Of a stretch of 64,000 bases of DNA, positions 39,087 to 49,125 are shown in pieces (positions within the stretch are counted from its first letter, which is position 1; the number at the start of each line of letters is the position of its first letter). Both the position numbers and the translations under genes were made by a program. This DNA comes from Nitrospirota bacterium (GTDB lineage: Bacteria > Nitrospirota > UBA9217). Where the stretch lies: NCBI GenBank assembly GCA_963790205.1, contig CAWBNQ010000001.1, positions 416,001 to 480,000 on the forward strand. Reading direction: 5' to 3'. The notes beneath the pieces were generated by a model, which was given only the letters and a program-made list of their open reading frames with translations, did no database searches and was not told where the DNA came from.

Positions 39087-40478
39087 CTATCCGCCGCATC
39101 GCTTCAGCAACGCTTCAAAAAGTCGTATGAACAAATCGATCTCCGCATCGGTAATGGTCAATGCAGGCGCCAGCGTGAAGACGTTTTTATAATAGCCGCC
39201 CACATCGAGCACCAGACCGTATTTTTTCCCGTCGATCGGGATGTCGCCCTTCATCCCCTCTTGAAATATCATGTCCGTGAGCTTTTTGTCGGGCGTGAAA
39301 CCGTCAGGCTTCGTCATCTCGATCCTTACGGCCAGCCCCAGACCGTCCACATCGCCGATGACGGCATGTTTTTTCTGAAGGTTTTTTAACCGCGATACGA
39401 GGTACTGCCCCTTCTCTGAAACGATCTTCGCAAAATCATTTTTTTTCAAAAGCTCCATGGTTGCAAGCCCGGCCGCAGTGCCCAGGGGATTGCTCGAAAA
39501 CGTCGAATGCGTCGATCCTGGCGGAAACATCTTGGGGGTAATCAGTTCTTCCCGCGCCCAGATCCCGGACAGGGGATTCAGGCCGTTCGTCAGGGACTTG
39601 GCAAAGGCGACGATGTCTGGCCGGGCCCCGAAATGCTCGAAAGCCCATAGTTTCCCGGTCCGGTAAAAGCCCATCTGGATCTCGTCATCAACAAGTAATA
39701 TACCAAATTTCTGCAGCACCGTCGCCAGCCGCATAAAGTATTCAGGAGGAGGAATAATATAACCGCCCGTTGCCTGGACCGGCTCAGCAAAAAAAGCGGC
39801 ATATTCGACGTCATTCTCCTTGGTATCGATCACACCGTAGTACTCTGTCTCAAAAAGCTTCTCGAACTGCCGGACGCACTCGTATCCACAGGTCGCAAGC
39901 TCTTTATCGTAAAAGCACCGGTAACAATAAGGATAGGGAATAAAGGTTGCCCTGCTGCCGAAGTGTCCATACCTTTTCCGGTACCGGAAACTGCTCGTGA
40001 TCTCCGTCGCGGCAAGGGTCCTTCCGTGATAACCGCCCATGAAGGCGAACATGAGAGATTTCCCCTTTTTATAATTTCGGACGAGTTTGATACTGTCCTC
40101 TATCGCCTGCGCTCCGCCGACATTGAAATGCACTCTCCCTTTTGAGCCGAACCTCTTTTCGGTCTCCCGGGCAATGGTTGCAGCCAGAAGGATCTTCTCC
40201 TTGTGGAGGTACTGTGATGCTACCTGGGGAAGCCTGTTCATCTGGCGGTTGTGGGCTTCCTCTATTTCCCTGTTCCGATACCCGAAATTCACGGCCGAGT
40301 ACCACATCTGCACGTCCAGATAGGGAGTCCCCTGCAGATCATACAGCCACGACCCTTCGCATTTATCGAACAAAACGGGGCGGTCGGCATAGTGGACCGT
40401 ATCGCCGTAGGAACAATAACGCTCTTCGAGGTCCAACAGCTCTTGCTCCGAGAGCCGACCGGTTTGAATGTTCTCCAT
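39087..40478 (-). CDS. Class III PLP aminotransferase, RtxA N-domain (DHAP aminotransferase)-like
   Basis: GYHGRT, DEIQMGFYRTG, FAKSLTNG, HSTF; N-terminal YCSYGDTVHY and QMWYSAVNFGY recalled from the RtxA family. Confidence 0.85.
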   Translation of the reverse strand: MENIQTGRLSEQELLDLEERYCSYGDTVHYADRPVLFDKCEGSWLYDLQGTPYLDVQMWYSAVNFGYRNREIEEAHNRQMNRLPQVASQYLHKEKILLAATIARETEKRFGSKGRVHFNVGGAQAIEDSIKLVRNYKKGKSLMFAFMGGYHGRTLAATEITSSFRYRKRYGHFGSRATFIPYPYCYRCFYDKELATCGYECVRQFEKLFETEYYGVIDTKENDVEYAAFFAEPVQATGGYIIPPPEYFMRLATVLQKFGILLVDDEIQMGFYRTGKLWAFEHFGARPDIVAFAKSLTNGLNPLSGIWAREELITPKMFPPGSTHSTFSSNPLGTAAGLATMELLKKNDFAKIVSEKGQYLVSRLKNLQKKHAVIGDVDGLGLAVRIEMTKPDGFTPDKKLTDMIFQEGMKGDIPIDGKKYGLVLDVGGYYKNVFTLAPALTITDAEIDLFIRLFEALLKRCGG

Positions 40479-40480
40479 GA

Positions 40481-41161
40481 TCAATCCTTTCCTGCTTCAA
40501 CCGACTGCAGCGGAATCGCCCGTATCCTCTTTGTCTGCAGAGATGCCGTTATCTCGCCGAAGTTGTCGAACGGGGTGTGGGGTATGTTGTTCTCGCGGCA
40601 ATAGACGGTGAGCTTTTTCTTGGTGAAGACATGGTGTGATTTGTGGGCCAGACAAAAATCGCTTCGTCCGTCACCGACGAGGATGAGAGAGCGCTCCCTG
40701 CCGAGGTCGGACACGGCCATGCACTTGCAGTTTGCCGAATTGCAGTCCGGCTGGGAATAGGGGAATACGGTTTTCATCGTACCGCCTTCCTCGCGCAATA
40801 TGTTGGCATAAACAGGAACCTGCCCGAGCCCTGCGTTCGCAAGGAGCCTTTCTATGAACACCTGGAATCCGTCGCTGACGATGGCGTAGGGTATGCCCCG
40901 GGCATTCAGGTAGCCGGCGAAGTCCTTGAATGTGCTGTCGATTGAAAAACCGTCGATATAATCCAGGAGCTTTCCGAGCGGCTGATCGATCATGGACATC
41001 TGCCGTTCAAGGCATTCCCTGGAGCCGATGATGCCCTGCTCCCACAACCGCTCCACCTCCTGCCATTCAGGACGCGCAAATGACTGCAGGACCGCGTCTA
41101 TGATGTCTACATCGGTCACCGTCCCGTCAAAATCGATAGCGACAAAATAAGGCCCTTTCAT
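40481..41161 (-). CDS. MtnX-like HAD-IB phosphatase
   Basis: DFDGT, VSDG, CKC, GDGRSDFC. Confidence 0.88.
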   Translation of the reverse strand: MKGPYFVAIDFDGTVTDVDIIDAVLQSFARPEWQEVERLWEQGIIGSRECLERQMSMIDQPLGKLLDYIDGFSIDSTFKDFAGYLNARGIPYAIVSDGFQVFIERLLANAGLGQVPVYANILREEGGTMKTVFPYSQPDCNSANCKCMAVSDLGRERSLILVGDGRSDFCLAHKSHHVFTKKKLTVYCRENNIPHTPFDNFGEITASLQTKRIRAIPLQSVEAGKD

Positions 41162-41164
41162 TGA

Positions 41165-41590
41165 TTATTGCTTCCTTTCTTCTCTCCTGCTTTGATCATC
41201 GAAGTTACCTTGCCCTGTGTTGTTTTTTATATTTTTTCTCAGCTCTGATTTCAATTTTTCGATATTGAGGGGCTTGGCGAGGTAATCAATGCCTCCTTGG
41301 CCCATTGCTCTAGCATAGCTTTCCAGGGACGCATGGGCCGTCATGACGATAACAACGGGAAGCTCGGCGAGTTTTTTGAGATCGTGAAACAACTCAAGTC
41401 CATCACCATCGGGCAGCCGCAGATCGAGAAGGATCGCGGCAGGCTGGAAACTCTTCAGGGCCTGCCGGGCGCTTTCAAGACTCCCGGCCACGGATACGGT
41501 AAATTCATCTTCAATTGCGAGCTGCAGGGATTCCGTGAAGTTCCGCTCGTCGTCAACGATCATTACCGTCGGTTTGTCAGGGATGTTCAT
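41165..41590 (-). CDS. Single-domain response regulator
   Basis: IVDDE, LDLRLPDGDG, MTAH, KP. Confidence 0.85.
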   Translation of the reverse strand: MNIPDKPTVMIVDDERNFTESLQLAIEDEFTVSVAGSLESARQALKSFQPAAILLDLRLPDGDGLELFHDLKKLAELPVVIVMTAHASLESYARAMGQGGIDYLAKPLNIEKLKSELRKNIKNNTGQGNFDDQSRREERKQ

Positions 41591-41691
41591 GTGTACACCG
41601 TGTGAAGTAAGAGAACTATAACTGCGATTAAACCCAGATCGCAGCGAATGTTTTCTCACAATTTTTTATAATAGCAAAATGTACGTATTAA

Positions 41692-41707
41692 TGCAAGTTA
41701 AATGCCT
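41692..41707 (-). promoter_or_regulatory. sigma54 promoter
   Basis: Minus strand AGGCATT-TAAC-TTGCA with GG/GC at -24/-12; next to a sigma54 activator gene. Confidence 0.65.
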
Positions 41708-41905
41708 ATTTTAACATACTGTTATTTCAATCTACTGCGTGAGCCATCGCTGGACATGCGCAAAAATTGTATACGAGGATTGCAGGGCGAGACTTATGTC
41801 TCGGTCGAACGCGAACTGACTTTTAAAGAAGGTTGGAATTGGATTGCGTACGCAGCAGGTCCATGGGATATTACGGGTGCTACCGGCAGTTGGATCTCGG
41901 GGAAA

Positions 41906-43252
41906 TTACAGTGAGTATTGATTGAGCTTATAATGAAGCTGTCTTACCGATATGCCCAGGATCCTGGCCGCTTCTGTTTTATTGTTCCCTGCAGCGACCA
42001 TTGCGTTTTGAATGCAATTCCTTTCCACATCCGCCACCGCGTCTTTAAGGGCGACCGTGAGGACCGCGTTTTCCATCCCGGCCGCATTTTTGCCCGGCCC
42101 GGGACCAAGCACGAGATCATCCGTGTCAAGGATATCTTTTGTCGCGGTTGCTACCGCACGGTGGATGCACCATTTGAGTTCCCGGATGTTTCCGGGCCAA
42201 ACATGGCGCAGGAGGAGCTCCAATGCCCGATTGGAAAGATCTTTGACGTTTTTGTTATAGGCATAACTGGCTTCGTTCAAGAAAGCTCTCGCGAGGAGAG
42301 GAATGTCCTGTTTGCGGTCGCGCAGCCGGGGCAGCTCCAGCACAATTCCGGCTATCCGGTAATAAAGGTCCTGGCGGAACCTGTTCTCCGGATCGTTCAA
42401 ATTCTTGTGCGTAGCGGTAATAAGCCTGAAGCGTGTTTTTCGTTCACGCGCATCGCCGAGTTTAAAGTAACGACCGGATTCGATAACACGAAGCAATTTA
42501 GCCTGAGTTTCATCTGCCAGTTCCCCGATCTCATCGAGGAACAAGGTGCCTTCCTCGGCCCGTTCTATCAATCCTTCCTTGGTGCCGGCGGCACCGGAGA
42601 AGGCCCCTTTCACGTATCCGAACAGTTCGCTCTCAAAAATGTCCCTGGGAACAGCAGCGCAGCTGATCGTCACCATCTCACCGTGCTGGCCGGACAGGTC
42701 ATGGACCCACTGCGCCAGCTTTTCCTTGCCGGTCCCTGTTTCACCCTGAATAAGAACGGGTATCGGAAGAAGGGCCACGGCCGGCACTCGTTCGACAATT
42801 GTTTTCATTGAGCCGGTCCCTGAAGTGACAAAGGGCGGCACGATCCTTTTCATCTCGCGGTCAAGGCTGCTGATTTTCTTCTGGAGCGACCTGTTCTCGA
42901 GATAGACCCCCAGTTCCCGCTTCAACTTATCGATGTCCATGGGTTTCGTGACATAATCGACAGCGCCTTCCTTAAGCGCGTGGATGGCGTTCTCAACGGT
43001 TGCAAAAGCGGTCATTACGATAACGATGGGCATTCGATGGCTATTTTTCAGTTCGCGCAGCAGCTCAATACCCTCCCCGTCAGGCATATAAACATCGAGC
43101 AGAATGGCGTCCGGCGTACTGTCCTTGAGCGCGGCCCGCGCCATGCTCAAACTGGAGACTGAGACGACGGAAAAAGCGTCCTCAATCGCCAGTTGCAGCG
43201 ACTCGGTAAAATTCTTTTCGTCATCAATAATCAGAACAGCAGGTTTTTTCAT
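41906..43252 (-). CDS. NtrC-family sigma54-dependent response regulator
   Basis: Receiver, GETGTGKE, ESELFG..GAFSGA, LFLDEI, WPGNIREL, Fis-type HTH. Confidence 0.95.
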   Translation of the reverse strand: MKKPAVLIIDDEKNFTESLQLAIEDAFSVVSVSSLSMARAALKDSTPDAILLDVYMPDGEGIELLRELKNSHRMPIVIVMTAFATVENAIHALKEGAVDYVTKPMDIDKLKRELGVYLENRSLQKKISSLDREMKRIVPPFVTSGTGSMKTIVERVPAVALLPIPVLIQGETGTGKEKLAQWVHDLSGQHGEMVTISCAAVPRDIFESELFGYVKGAFSGAAGTKEGLIERAEEGTLFLDEIGELADETQAKLLRVIESGRYFKLGDARERKTRFRLITATHKNLNDPENRFRQDLYYRIAGIVLELPRLRDRKQDIPLLARAFLNEASYAYNKNVKDLSNRALELLLRHVWPGNIRELKWCIHRAVATATKDILDTDDLVLGPGPGKNAAGMENAVLTVALKDAVADVERNCIQNAMVAAGNNKTEAARILGISVRQLHYKLNQYSL

Positions 43253-43256
43253 GTTG

Positions 43257-44429
43257 TCAGGTCTTTATCCGTTTCAGGGGAACCGATATAATAACTCGCG
43301 CACCCTTTTCCATTCTTGCCAGGGATAGGGATCCGCCGTGCGCCATCGCAATTTTTTGGGAAAGATACAAACCCAGGCCGCCGCCCCGCGATCGGCTTGT
43401 TACAAAAGGGGCCGTCAGTTTTTCCAGATCGGCAGTCAGGGGAAATCCACTGCCGTTATCTTCGAACACTATTTCCGCGAAAGCCGCTTTCTCATGGGGG
43501 CTATGCACGTTCACGCGCACCTTGTTCGCCGACGCTTCGCGGCTGTTTCTGATAAGGTTCTTGAACAGCAGGCCCAGATAAAAACGATCTCCATAGATCA
43601 TGTAATTATCGGATATTTCAAGCAGCAGGCCGGTGAGAACGTCTCCCGTAAAAAAGCTCTTGATCGGGATCCACTCTTCGTTCAGCACATCGATGTCTTT
43701 CCCGTATACCAGCAGATTGTCTATCAACTGTTGAGTGCGATTCAGCTCCTCGCTCGTCAGCGTCATGAATCGTTTTATGAATTGCTCATCCGCATGTCGC
43801 GCGGGTAGCGCCTGGACGAGGTTGGAGATGGTTCCGATAGGGGTCTTCAGCTCATGAGCGAGCGCGGCCGACATGCGCCCGACAAGCGCCAGTGCTTCCT
43901 GCCGTTCCAGCGCGGAATGAAGTTCCGCATGCTCTACTTCAAACTGTTGTTTCATTAAAAGCGTGCGCTTCTTGTTTTCGGTGAAAAACACCGTGAAGGA
44001 GAACACAATGATGGTCGACGCGATTCCCATCATATAGTCCGGCACATCGAGATGCTCCAGCTCTGACTTTAGGAACTTATTGCGCACGTAAACGTCGAGT
44101 GCATACCCCTTCCCCGGCAACGTACACAAAAATACCGCATCTTGGGTGGCTTCGCCTCGCCTGTCCGTCCGGTCTTCGCGGACAACCACCTTATCGGCCA
44201 TGACGGAGTCAGCGAACTTTAAGATGAAGTTCTTTTCTTCGCGCGCTGTGGAATATACTGCCGATTCTCTGAACGATGCGACCGCATTTTTCATGTCGTC
44301 TTCCAGCGTTTTGCGGATCTTTTCCTCGACAGTGACATTTTCGAAACTGTCGGCCAAATAAGTGACCGCAATTCCAATGAGCAGTGAACCGACGAGGTAG
44401 GAGACGATTTTTAAAGTCTGCTTCAGCAT
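43257..44429 (-). CDS. Membrane sensor histidine kinase
   Basis: Two TM segments, LAHELKTP, NLIRNS, DNGSG, GGLGL. Confidence 0.92.
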   Translation of the reverse strand: MLKQTLKIVSYLVGSLLIGIAVTYLADSFENVTVEEKIRKTLEDDMKNAVASFRESAVYSTAREEKNFILKFADSVMADKVVVREDRTDRRGEATQDAVFLCTLPGKGYALDVYVRNKFLKSELEHLDVPDYMMGIASTIIVFSFTVFFTENKKRTLLMKQQFEVEHAELHSALERQEALALVGRMSAALAHELKTPIGTISNLVQALPARHADEQFIKRFMTLTSEELNRTQQLIDNLLVYGKDIDVLNEEWIPIKSFFTGDVLTGLLLEISDNYMIYGDRFYLGLLFKNLIRNSREASANKVRVNVHSPHEKAAFAEIVFEDNGSGFPLTADLEKLTAPFVTSRSRGGGLGLYLSQKIAMAHGGSLSLARMEKGARVIISVPLKRIKT

Positions 44430-44539
44430 ACGATAGGAATTTCACGTTGTTTAAGGCTCGAACGTTATTTACTTTTTACCATTTCCAGCCCACAATAGTC
44501 AATCGCGATCAATAGCTTAACCAATAACTCATGCGGCGA

Positions 44540-44700
44540 CCAGTTGTAATACGTAAGCTGCCCTCCGAGCCTTTCTCGATATTGAATACGATGGCCGCGC
44601 CTTTGCTCAGATGGTGGAGTGGAGAAGGAGGAAGGCATATTACTTCTTCCCTGATGGCTAAAGCTTACCAATATGGTGTCTGGGCGAAGTATTTTTAGAC
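44540..44700 (-). mobile_element. Degenerate integrase-core transposase remnant
   Basis: Fragments KILRPDTIL, HQGRSN and IQYRERLGGQLTYY resemble N- and C-terminal motifs of an rve-type transposase family. Confidence 0.5.
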
Positions 44701-44895
44701 ATCTTGCTTAACGATTTCCGGGGAACTCTTCAATTTAGAATAGATGCAACTGCCGTTTAGTACAGGAAGAGGTCAGTAGCATATACACTCATCAGTAACT
44801 ATCCGGTGTTTTTTAAGTTGAATTGACGAAATCGTATATATGCGATATTCTCGCAATTTATTCTCGTTGCTACCCGCTGTAGGCGTCGATAAAAA

Positions 44896-45462
44896 TCAGA
44901 TTATTTTCCCGATCAAAAAAGCTTTGCCGATACGTTCGCCAATACCGTAATAAGCACCCTCCCCAGGATCAAAAATGAGCGGCTTGACCTTCAGGATGTC
45001 CGCCACCCCATGTTCGCCAAGCACCGACTCTTCGGCTTTGATGTCCATGATCTCGCCAATGAATTGCGTGTGGAGCCCGATCTCCAGCGTGTGGAGTACC
45101 CTGCATTCGATCACAACAGGAAATTCTTTTATGTACGGAGCGTCGACGAGCTCGCTTCGAACAGGGGTCAGCTTCGTCATCGCAAACTTATCGACATTTT
45201 TTCCCGAAACCGTGCCGGCATAGTCCACTTTCTTCACCAGCGCAGCTGAAGGGATGCTGATGGTGTACGCTTTGCGTTCCATGATGCACCCATACGTATA
45301 GGTTGCCTTGCGCAGGGAAATAGTCACACAGGGAGGTTGTGAGCAGCAGATTCCGCCCCATGCAATAATCATGATGTTTGGTTTGCCGCGCGAATCATAG
45401 CTCCCAACAACCCAGACAGGCGCTGGCTGAGCGAGTGTCTTGGCGCCGAGCGACTTTTTCAT
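44896..45462 (-). CDS. Flavoredoxin / flavin reductase family protein
   Basis: [32 protein letters not shown]. Confidence 0.88.
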   Translation of the reverse strand: MKKSLGAKTLAQPAPVWVVGSYDSRGKPNIMIIAWGGICCSQPPCVTISLRKATYTYGCIMERKAYTISIPSAALVKKVDYAGTVSGKNVDKFAMTKLTPVRSELVDAPYIKEFPVVIECRVLHTLEIGLHTQFIGEIMDIKAEESVLGEHGVADILKVKPLIFDPGEGAYYGIGERIGKAFLIGKII

Positions 45463-45570
45463 AGTTACCTCCATTCATGGCGATGACGCTCCCAAAAAGA
45501 TGAGGAGCGGCAAGCCGAAGCTCGTGAGGACTTTCCTTTTTCACCGTCCGGTCCCGCTTATTCGTACCGG

Positions 45571-46494
45571 TCATTCGTTCCTATATCGATACGTTTTCAG
45601 ATCGATACCTACCTGCGCCGAAAGCCGGTAGAGGTACTCATAGTCTCCGTTATTCGTCTCGATAAACCCGCGGGCGCCGAAACGCCGTAACGTTTCAATC
45701 CCCTCCCTGTCCTTCTCCATGTCCAACAACGTCTTCTTGAGCGCATTTTTCAGCTCCGGGTCGAGGTCACGGCGTACGGCGAGACAGTTCAGGGGCAGCA
45801 CGTTGGAAGACGTGAGGACAACCAACTCTTTTTCGACGCGTGGGTTCTCGGTCGCCAGCAGATCGTATATGGTGTCTTTGGCAGCGCCGATATCCGCCTC
45901 CTTGTTCAGAACGGCCTGGATCGCGGCTTCAGGACTGCCGGCAAAAAACGTCTCCCCGAGATAGGCCCGCGGGTCAGTAATCCCGTTCTTCCGAAGATAT
46001 GCAAGAGGGAACAGATACCCCGCCGTCGTCGCACGCTCGACGAATGCAAATCGCTTTCCTTTCATCTCAGCTGCCGTGCGAATACCGCTGTCCTTGCGAA
46101 CGAAGATATGCCCGCGGTAGGTAGAGGTTCCGTCGAGGTTGACCGGACGGGCTAGCGCCTCGACCCCAAGCTGATTGTGAGCGAGCGCATATGTAAAGCT
46201 GTCAAAGAAGCCTCCATCCATATGCTCCGTGGTAAATCGATCTACAATATTGCCGTAGCGGCTCAGATTGGTAAAGTTGACGGTGATCCCGAGACGATCG
46301 TAAAGATATTTTTTCAATACCATATAATGCTCTCGCTGGCGAAAAACATTCTGCTCCGGTATGAGACCGATCAGTAATTCCTGCTGTCCCCATGTCTTTT
46401 TCGGTTCCGGAAATTGTTCCGTCCTGTCGCAGGCACTAATGAACAGCGCAGCCGTGACGATAAGAACCGGTATGGTTATACGATATCGCGCCAT
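45571..46494 (-). CDS. PhnD-like phosphate/phosphonate substrate-binding lipoprotein
   Basis: Lipobox ISAC, IGLIPEQ, MKGKRFAFV..TTAGYLFP, ADIGAAK. Confidence 0.85.
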   Translation of the reverse strand: MARYRITIPVLIVTAALFISACDRTEQFPEPKKTWGQQELLIGLIPEQNVFRQREHYMVLKKYLYDRLGITVNFTNLSRYGNIVDRFTTEHMDGGFFDSFTYALAHNQLGVEALARPVNLDGTSTYRGHIFVRKDSGIRTAAEMKGKRFAFVERATTAGYLFPLAYLRKNGITDPRAYLGETFFAGSPEAAIQAVLNKEADIGAAKDTIYDLLATENPRVEKELVVLTSSNVLPLNCLAVRRDLDPELKNALKKTLLDMEKDREGIETLRRFGARGFIETNNGDYEYLYRLSAQVGIDLKTYRYRNE

Positions 46495-46744
46495 AGTCTC
46501 TTTTTTTAGTGTTACGCGTTCGTCACAGCGTTTCCAGAATACTCATCCCGAAAATGATGTTTACAAAATAGTGTAATCCCGAAGCTGGTTGGTTTAAGAA
46601 AAAAGGTCAGCTTTCCATGTTTAATTTATTGCTCACATGAAATGCGCGATTTTCCGGCATTTGCAGCTGACGCGTAGTACGGGAAAAATCAGCGTTAAAA
46701 ACATCCTATCATAAACCGAATAGAAAATCACCATAACCTTATAG

Positions 46745-46893
46745 TTTTTGCAGATGCAGGGAAAGTTCATCCTCATTAAATATTTGCCGTGCCCGATGGA
46801 AAGGGTAAATACCGGGAATGCCTGGAAGTGAGCCAGGACGTGATGACGATCAGAAAGCTCGATGGCCGGAAAAGACCGCTTGACAGGAATTAG
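46745..46893 (+). pseudogene. Remnant of a DUF438/PAS_10-like protein C-terminus
   Basis: FLQMQGKFILIKY[frameshift]AVPDGKGKYRECLEVSQDVMTIRKLDGRKRPLD*; upstream part decayed. Confidence 0.55.
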
Positions 46894-46948
46894 ACCGGCC
46901 CCTTCGCCGGGAAATATTAGTTTGACGATCAAACCTTGATAATGGCGG

Positions 46949-47515
46949 CTATTTGCCGTCGTGATCGTTGCGGCCGCCTTCATCACGAAGCTGCATTTCC
47001 ACCGTTGGGTCGAGGCTGATATATACAGTGATCCTGCCCTCTCTCATCACGTATTGTATATTAAGAACGTCGTACATGCCGAACCGTACGGGCGAATAGA
47101 GCGGCCTCACCTCATACCCGATAATAGCTCCCGCGGGGTCCGAAATTTTGCTCATACGGGACCCTTGATAAGAGACGCTGCATGTTATAAACTGTCCGGC
47201 TTCTCTGAGCGCTTCGTCCGCTGTAAGGCCGGACTTTATCTTGTATCTGGACGCAAGGGCATAGATCTCAAAGGTGTAAGGCCCTCCTTCCTTGTCGAGG
47301 ATCGCAACATTTTCCAGGTCGTCGGGATAGCGGCAGCCATAGAGCAGCAGCGTGTATGTTCCGGTCACTTCCTTCGGATCAGCCGGCCCGGTGTTAAGAT
47401 GTTTGCCGGCCGTTGCCGTGCAAGCGGATAAATTAAGACTTACACCCAGTATCGCAAAAAGACATAAAACCGGACGTCGCATCATGACAAAATATTTTGC
47501 TATGGCTGTTATCAC
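46949..47515 (-). CDS. Hypothetical lipoprotein
   Basis: GGAGGT RBS before GTG 47515; lipobox LSAC. Confidence 0.7.
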   Translation of the reverse strand: MITAIAKYFVMMRRPVLCLFAILGVSLNLSACTATAGKHLNTGPADPKEVTGTYTLLLYGCRYPDDLENVAILDKEGGPYTFEIYALASRYKIKSGLTADEALREAGQFITCSVSYQGSRMSKISDPAGAIIGYEVRPLYSPVRFGMYDVLNIQYVMREGRITVYISLDPTVEMQLRDEGGRNDHDGK

Positions 47516-47676
47516 GACACACCACCTCCGTTTTATAACAAATGAACTGGCTTCAAGATATTCTAAATATCCATTTTCTCGACTCAATTAAACAGTCGAA
47601 AAAAAAGGCGCCGACTGTAGCCCGGCGCCCTCCCAGTAATGCCTTCCGTTCCTTTGGGTGTTGTTATGTCTTAATG

Positions 47677-47964
47677 CTAATGCGCGGTCTGGAACTTATC
47701 CCGTTCCTGGGCATACGCCTGCTTCCCTGCATCGACTGCGTTGGAAACAACAACCCTTGCTTCATCGTAGAATTCCCGGCTCCTGTCGATCGCCGAAGAA
47801 AGTTTCTCTTTTGTATCTGCCGCGAGATCCTTTATTTGCTTCCTGATCTCATGTCCCGGCTTCGGTGCCAGCAGTAAACCGAGCGCCGCACCCACGATAC
47901 CGCCTACCAACAGGGGAACCACTATCGAATTCTGCTTGATCGGTGTTACCAGCTCTTCTTTCAT
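47677..47964 (-). CDS. YtxH-like protein
   Basis: LVGGIVGAALGLLLAPKPG.E.R. Confidence 0.85.
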   Translation of the reverse strand: MKEELVTPIKQNSIVVPLLVGGIVGAALGLLLAPKPGHEIRKQIKDLAADTKEKLSSAIDRSREFYDEARVVVSNAVDAGKQAYAQERDKFQTAH

Positions 47965-48359
47965 GATGATCCCTCCTTCCTTTCGTTCAGATCCTTAAGC
48001 AGGGTGGTCATACCTGCTTTTACGCCGGCCTTCAGTCCGGCAATGTTCGCACGGGCAGCTTCGCCCAGGTCTTTTTTATAGTATTCATACAGGCCATTGA
48101 CGGTATTTTCTACTCTAGCCACCGTTTCAGCCATTTCCCGCAAACTTTCGGTGAGCACCGCGATATTGTAAGTGGTCTTTCCGATATCTTCGAGGATACC
48201 TCTTAAGGCCGTCAGCGCCGGATGAAGGTTCTCTTCAGACCTCTTGATGAGCTGCCGGAGCGCAATGCTGGCACGTCGCATCTCAATAATGCTGGCTATA
48301 TTGATAACCGCATAAACAATAAATACGACGATACCTATATTGACCAGTGCCTCATTCAT
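47961..48359 (-). CDS. DUF948/YoxC-like membrane-anchored coiled-coil protein
   Basis: N-terminal TM plus helical body; ATGA overlap with the YtxH-like gene. Confidence 0.7.
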   Translation of the reverse strand: MNEALVNIGIVVFIVYAVINIASIIEMRRASIALRQLIKRSEENLHPALTALRGILEDIGKTTYNIAVLTESLREMAETVARVENTVNGLYEYYKKDLGEAARANIAGLKAGVKAGMTTLLKDLNERKEGSS

Positions 48360-48792
48360 CCGTACCATCCTTGCCCAATCATGCGGGCAATTAGAGTGTA
48401 ATTCAAGTATAGCACAGCCCTTTTCCTGCATTCTTTGTGCTTGCAGGACTCTAAACTTTTATCCAGCGAAAGTATCAGTGGAGATTGGCCATGGGGCATC
48501 GGGCGGAAGCTGAAACCCTCCGCGGAGTTGACCGGCAGGTGACGTGCGGGGAGGACAACAGGAACCGGGTTGGTATTGGGACGAGCGCTTTCTATTGCTG
48601 TTTTGCTTCAGTGAACGGAATACAAGGCGGAAGGTCAGAAACGGGCAAGCGGGCAGTAACATTGGCGAGGATTATTTCCATAAGGAGATTCGTGAGGAAA
48701 CCCCCAATCCCTGCCCATCCGATAAAAATCACGCCGTACCGTGAGGGACATAACTAAACAGCGGACGCCATCATGAGGGCCCCGAAAAAAAA

Positions 48793-49125
48793 TCAATGGC
48801 TGTGTTTTTCTCTCCAGCGGCTGAGATTCAGCCTTTGTTGCATGATAGCCTGGGCAAAAATGTGTTTTGCCCTGTCGATAAGCGGCATCTCCTCCACGAG
48901 ATGGATCTTTCGGTCCTTGATCGTAGCGCCTTCGAAAAAGTTGACCGCACGGTAGGCGTCTACATCGAGAGACATTTCTACAAATCCGCGGCCTGTTGGA
49001 CGCCGGGTGATCAAATCCGTCTGTATCCTGACGGACTGCACTTCACCGATCTGAGAAAAAATGTCTCTGAGTCTTTCCTCGGTAATGTCGGGAGGTAAAT
49101 TTTCCACGGATATTCTGGATGCCAT
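48793..49125 (-). CDS. RRM RNA-binding protein
   Basis: RNP2 ISVENL, RNP1-like GRGFVEM; AAGGAG RBS. Confidence 0.9.
   Translation of the reverse strand: MASRISVENLPPDITEERLRDIFSQIGEVQSVRIQTDLITRRPTGRGFVEMSLDVDAYRAVNFFEGATIKDRKIHLVEEMPLIDRAKHIFAQAIMQQRLNLSRWREKHSH

Noticed and set aside
39087..41161. Methionine salvage or rhizobitoxine pathway
   Set aside because: No other mtn genes, no RtxA sulfhydrylase domain and no desaturase; ACP/KS context points to lipid chemistry
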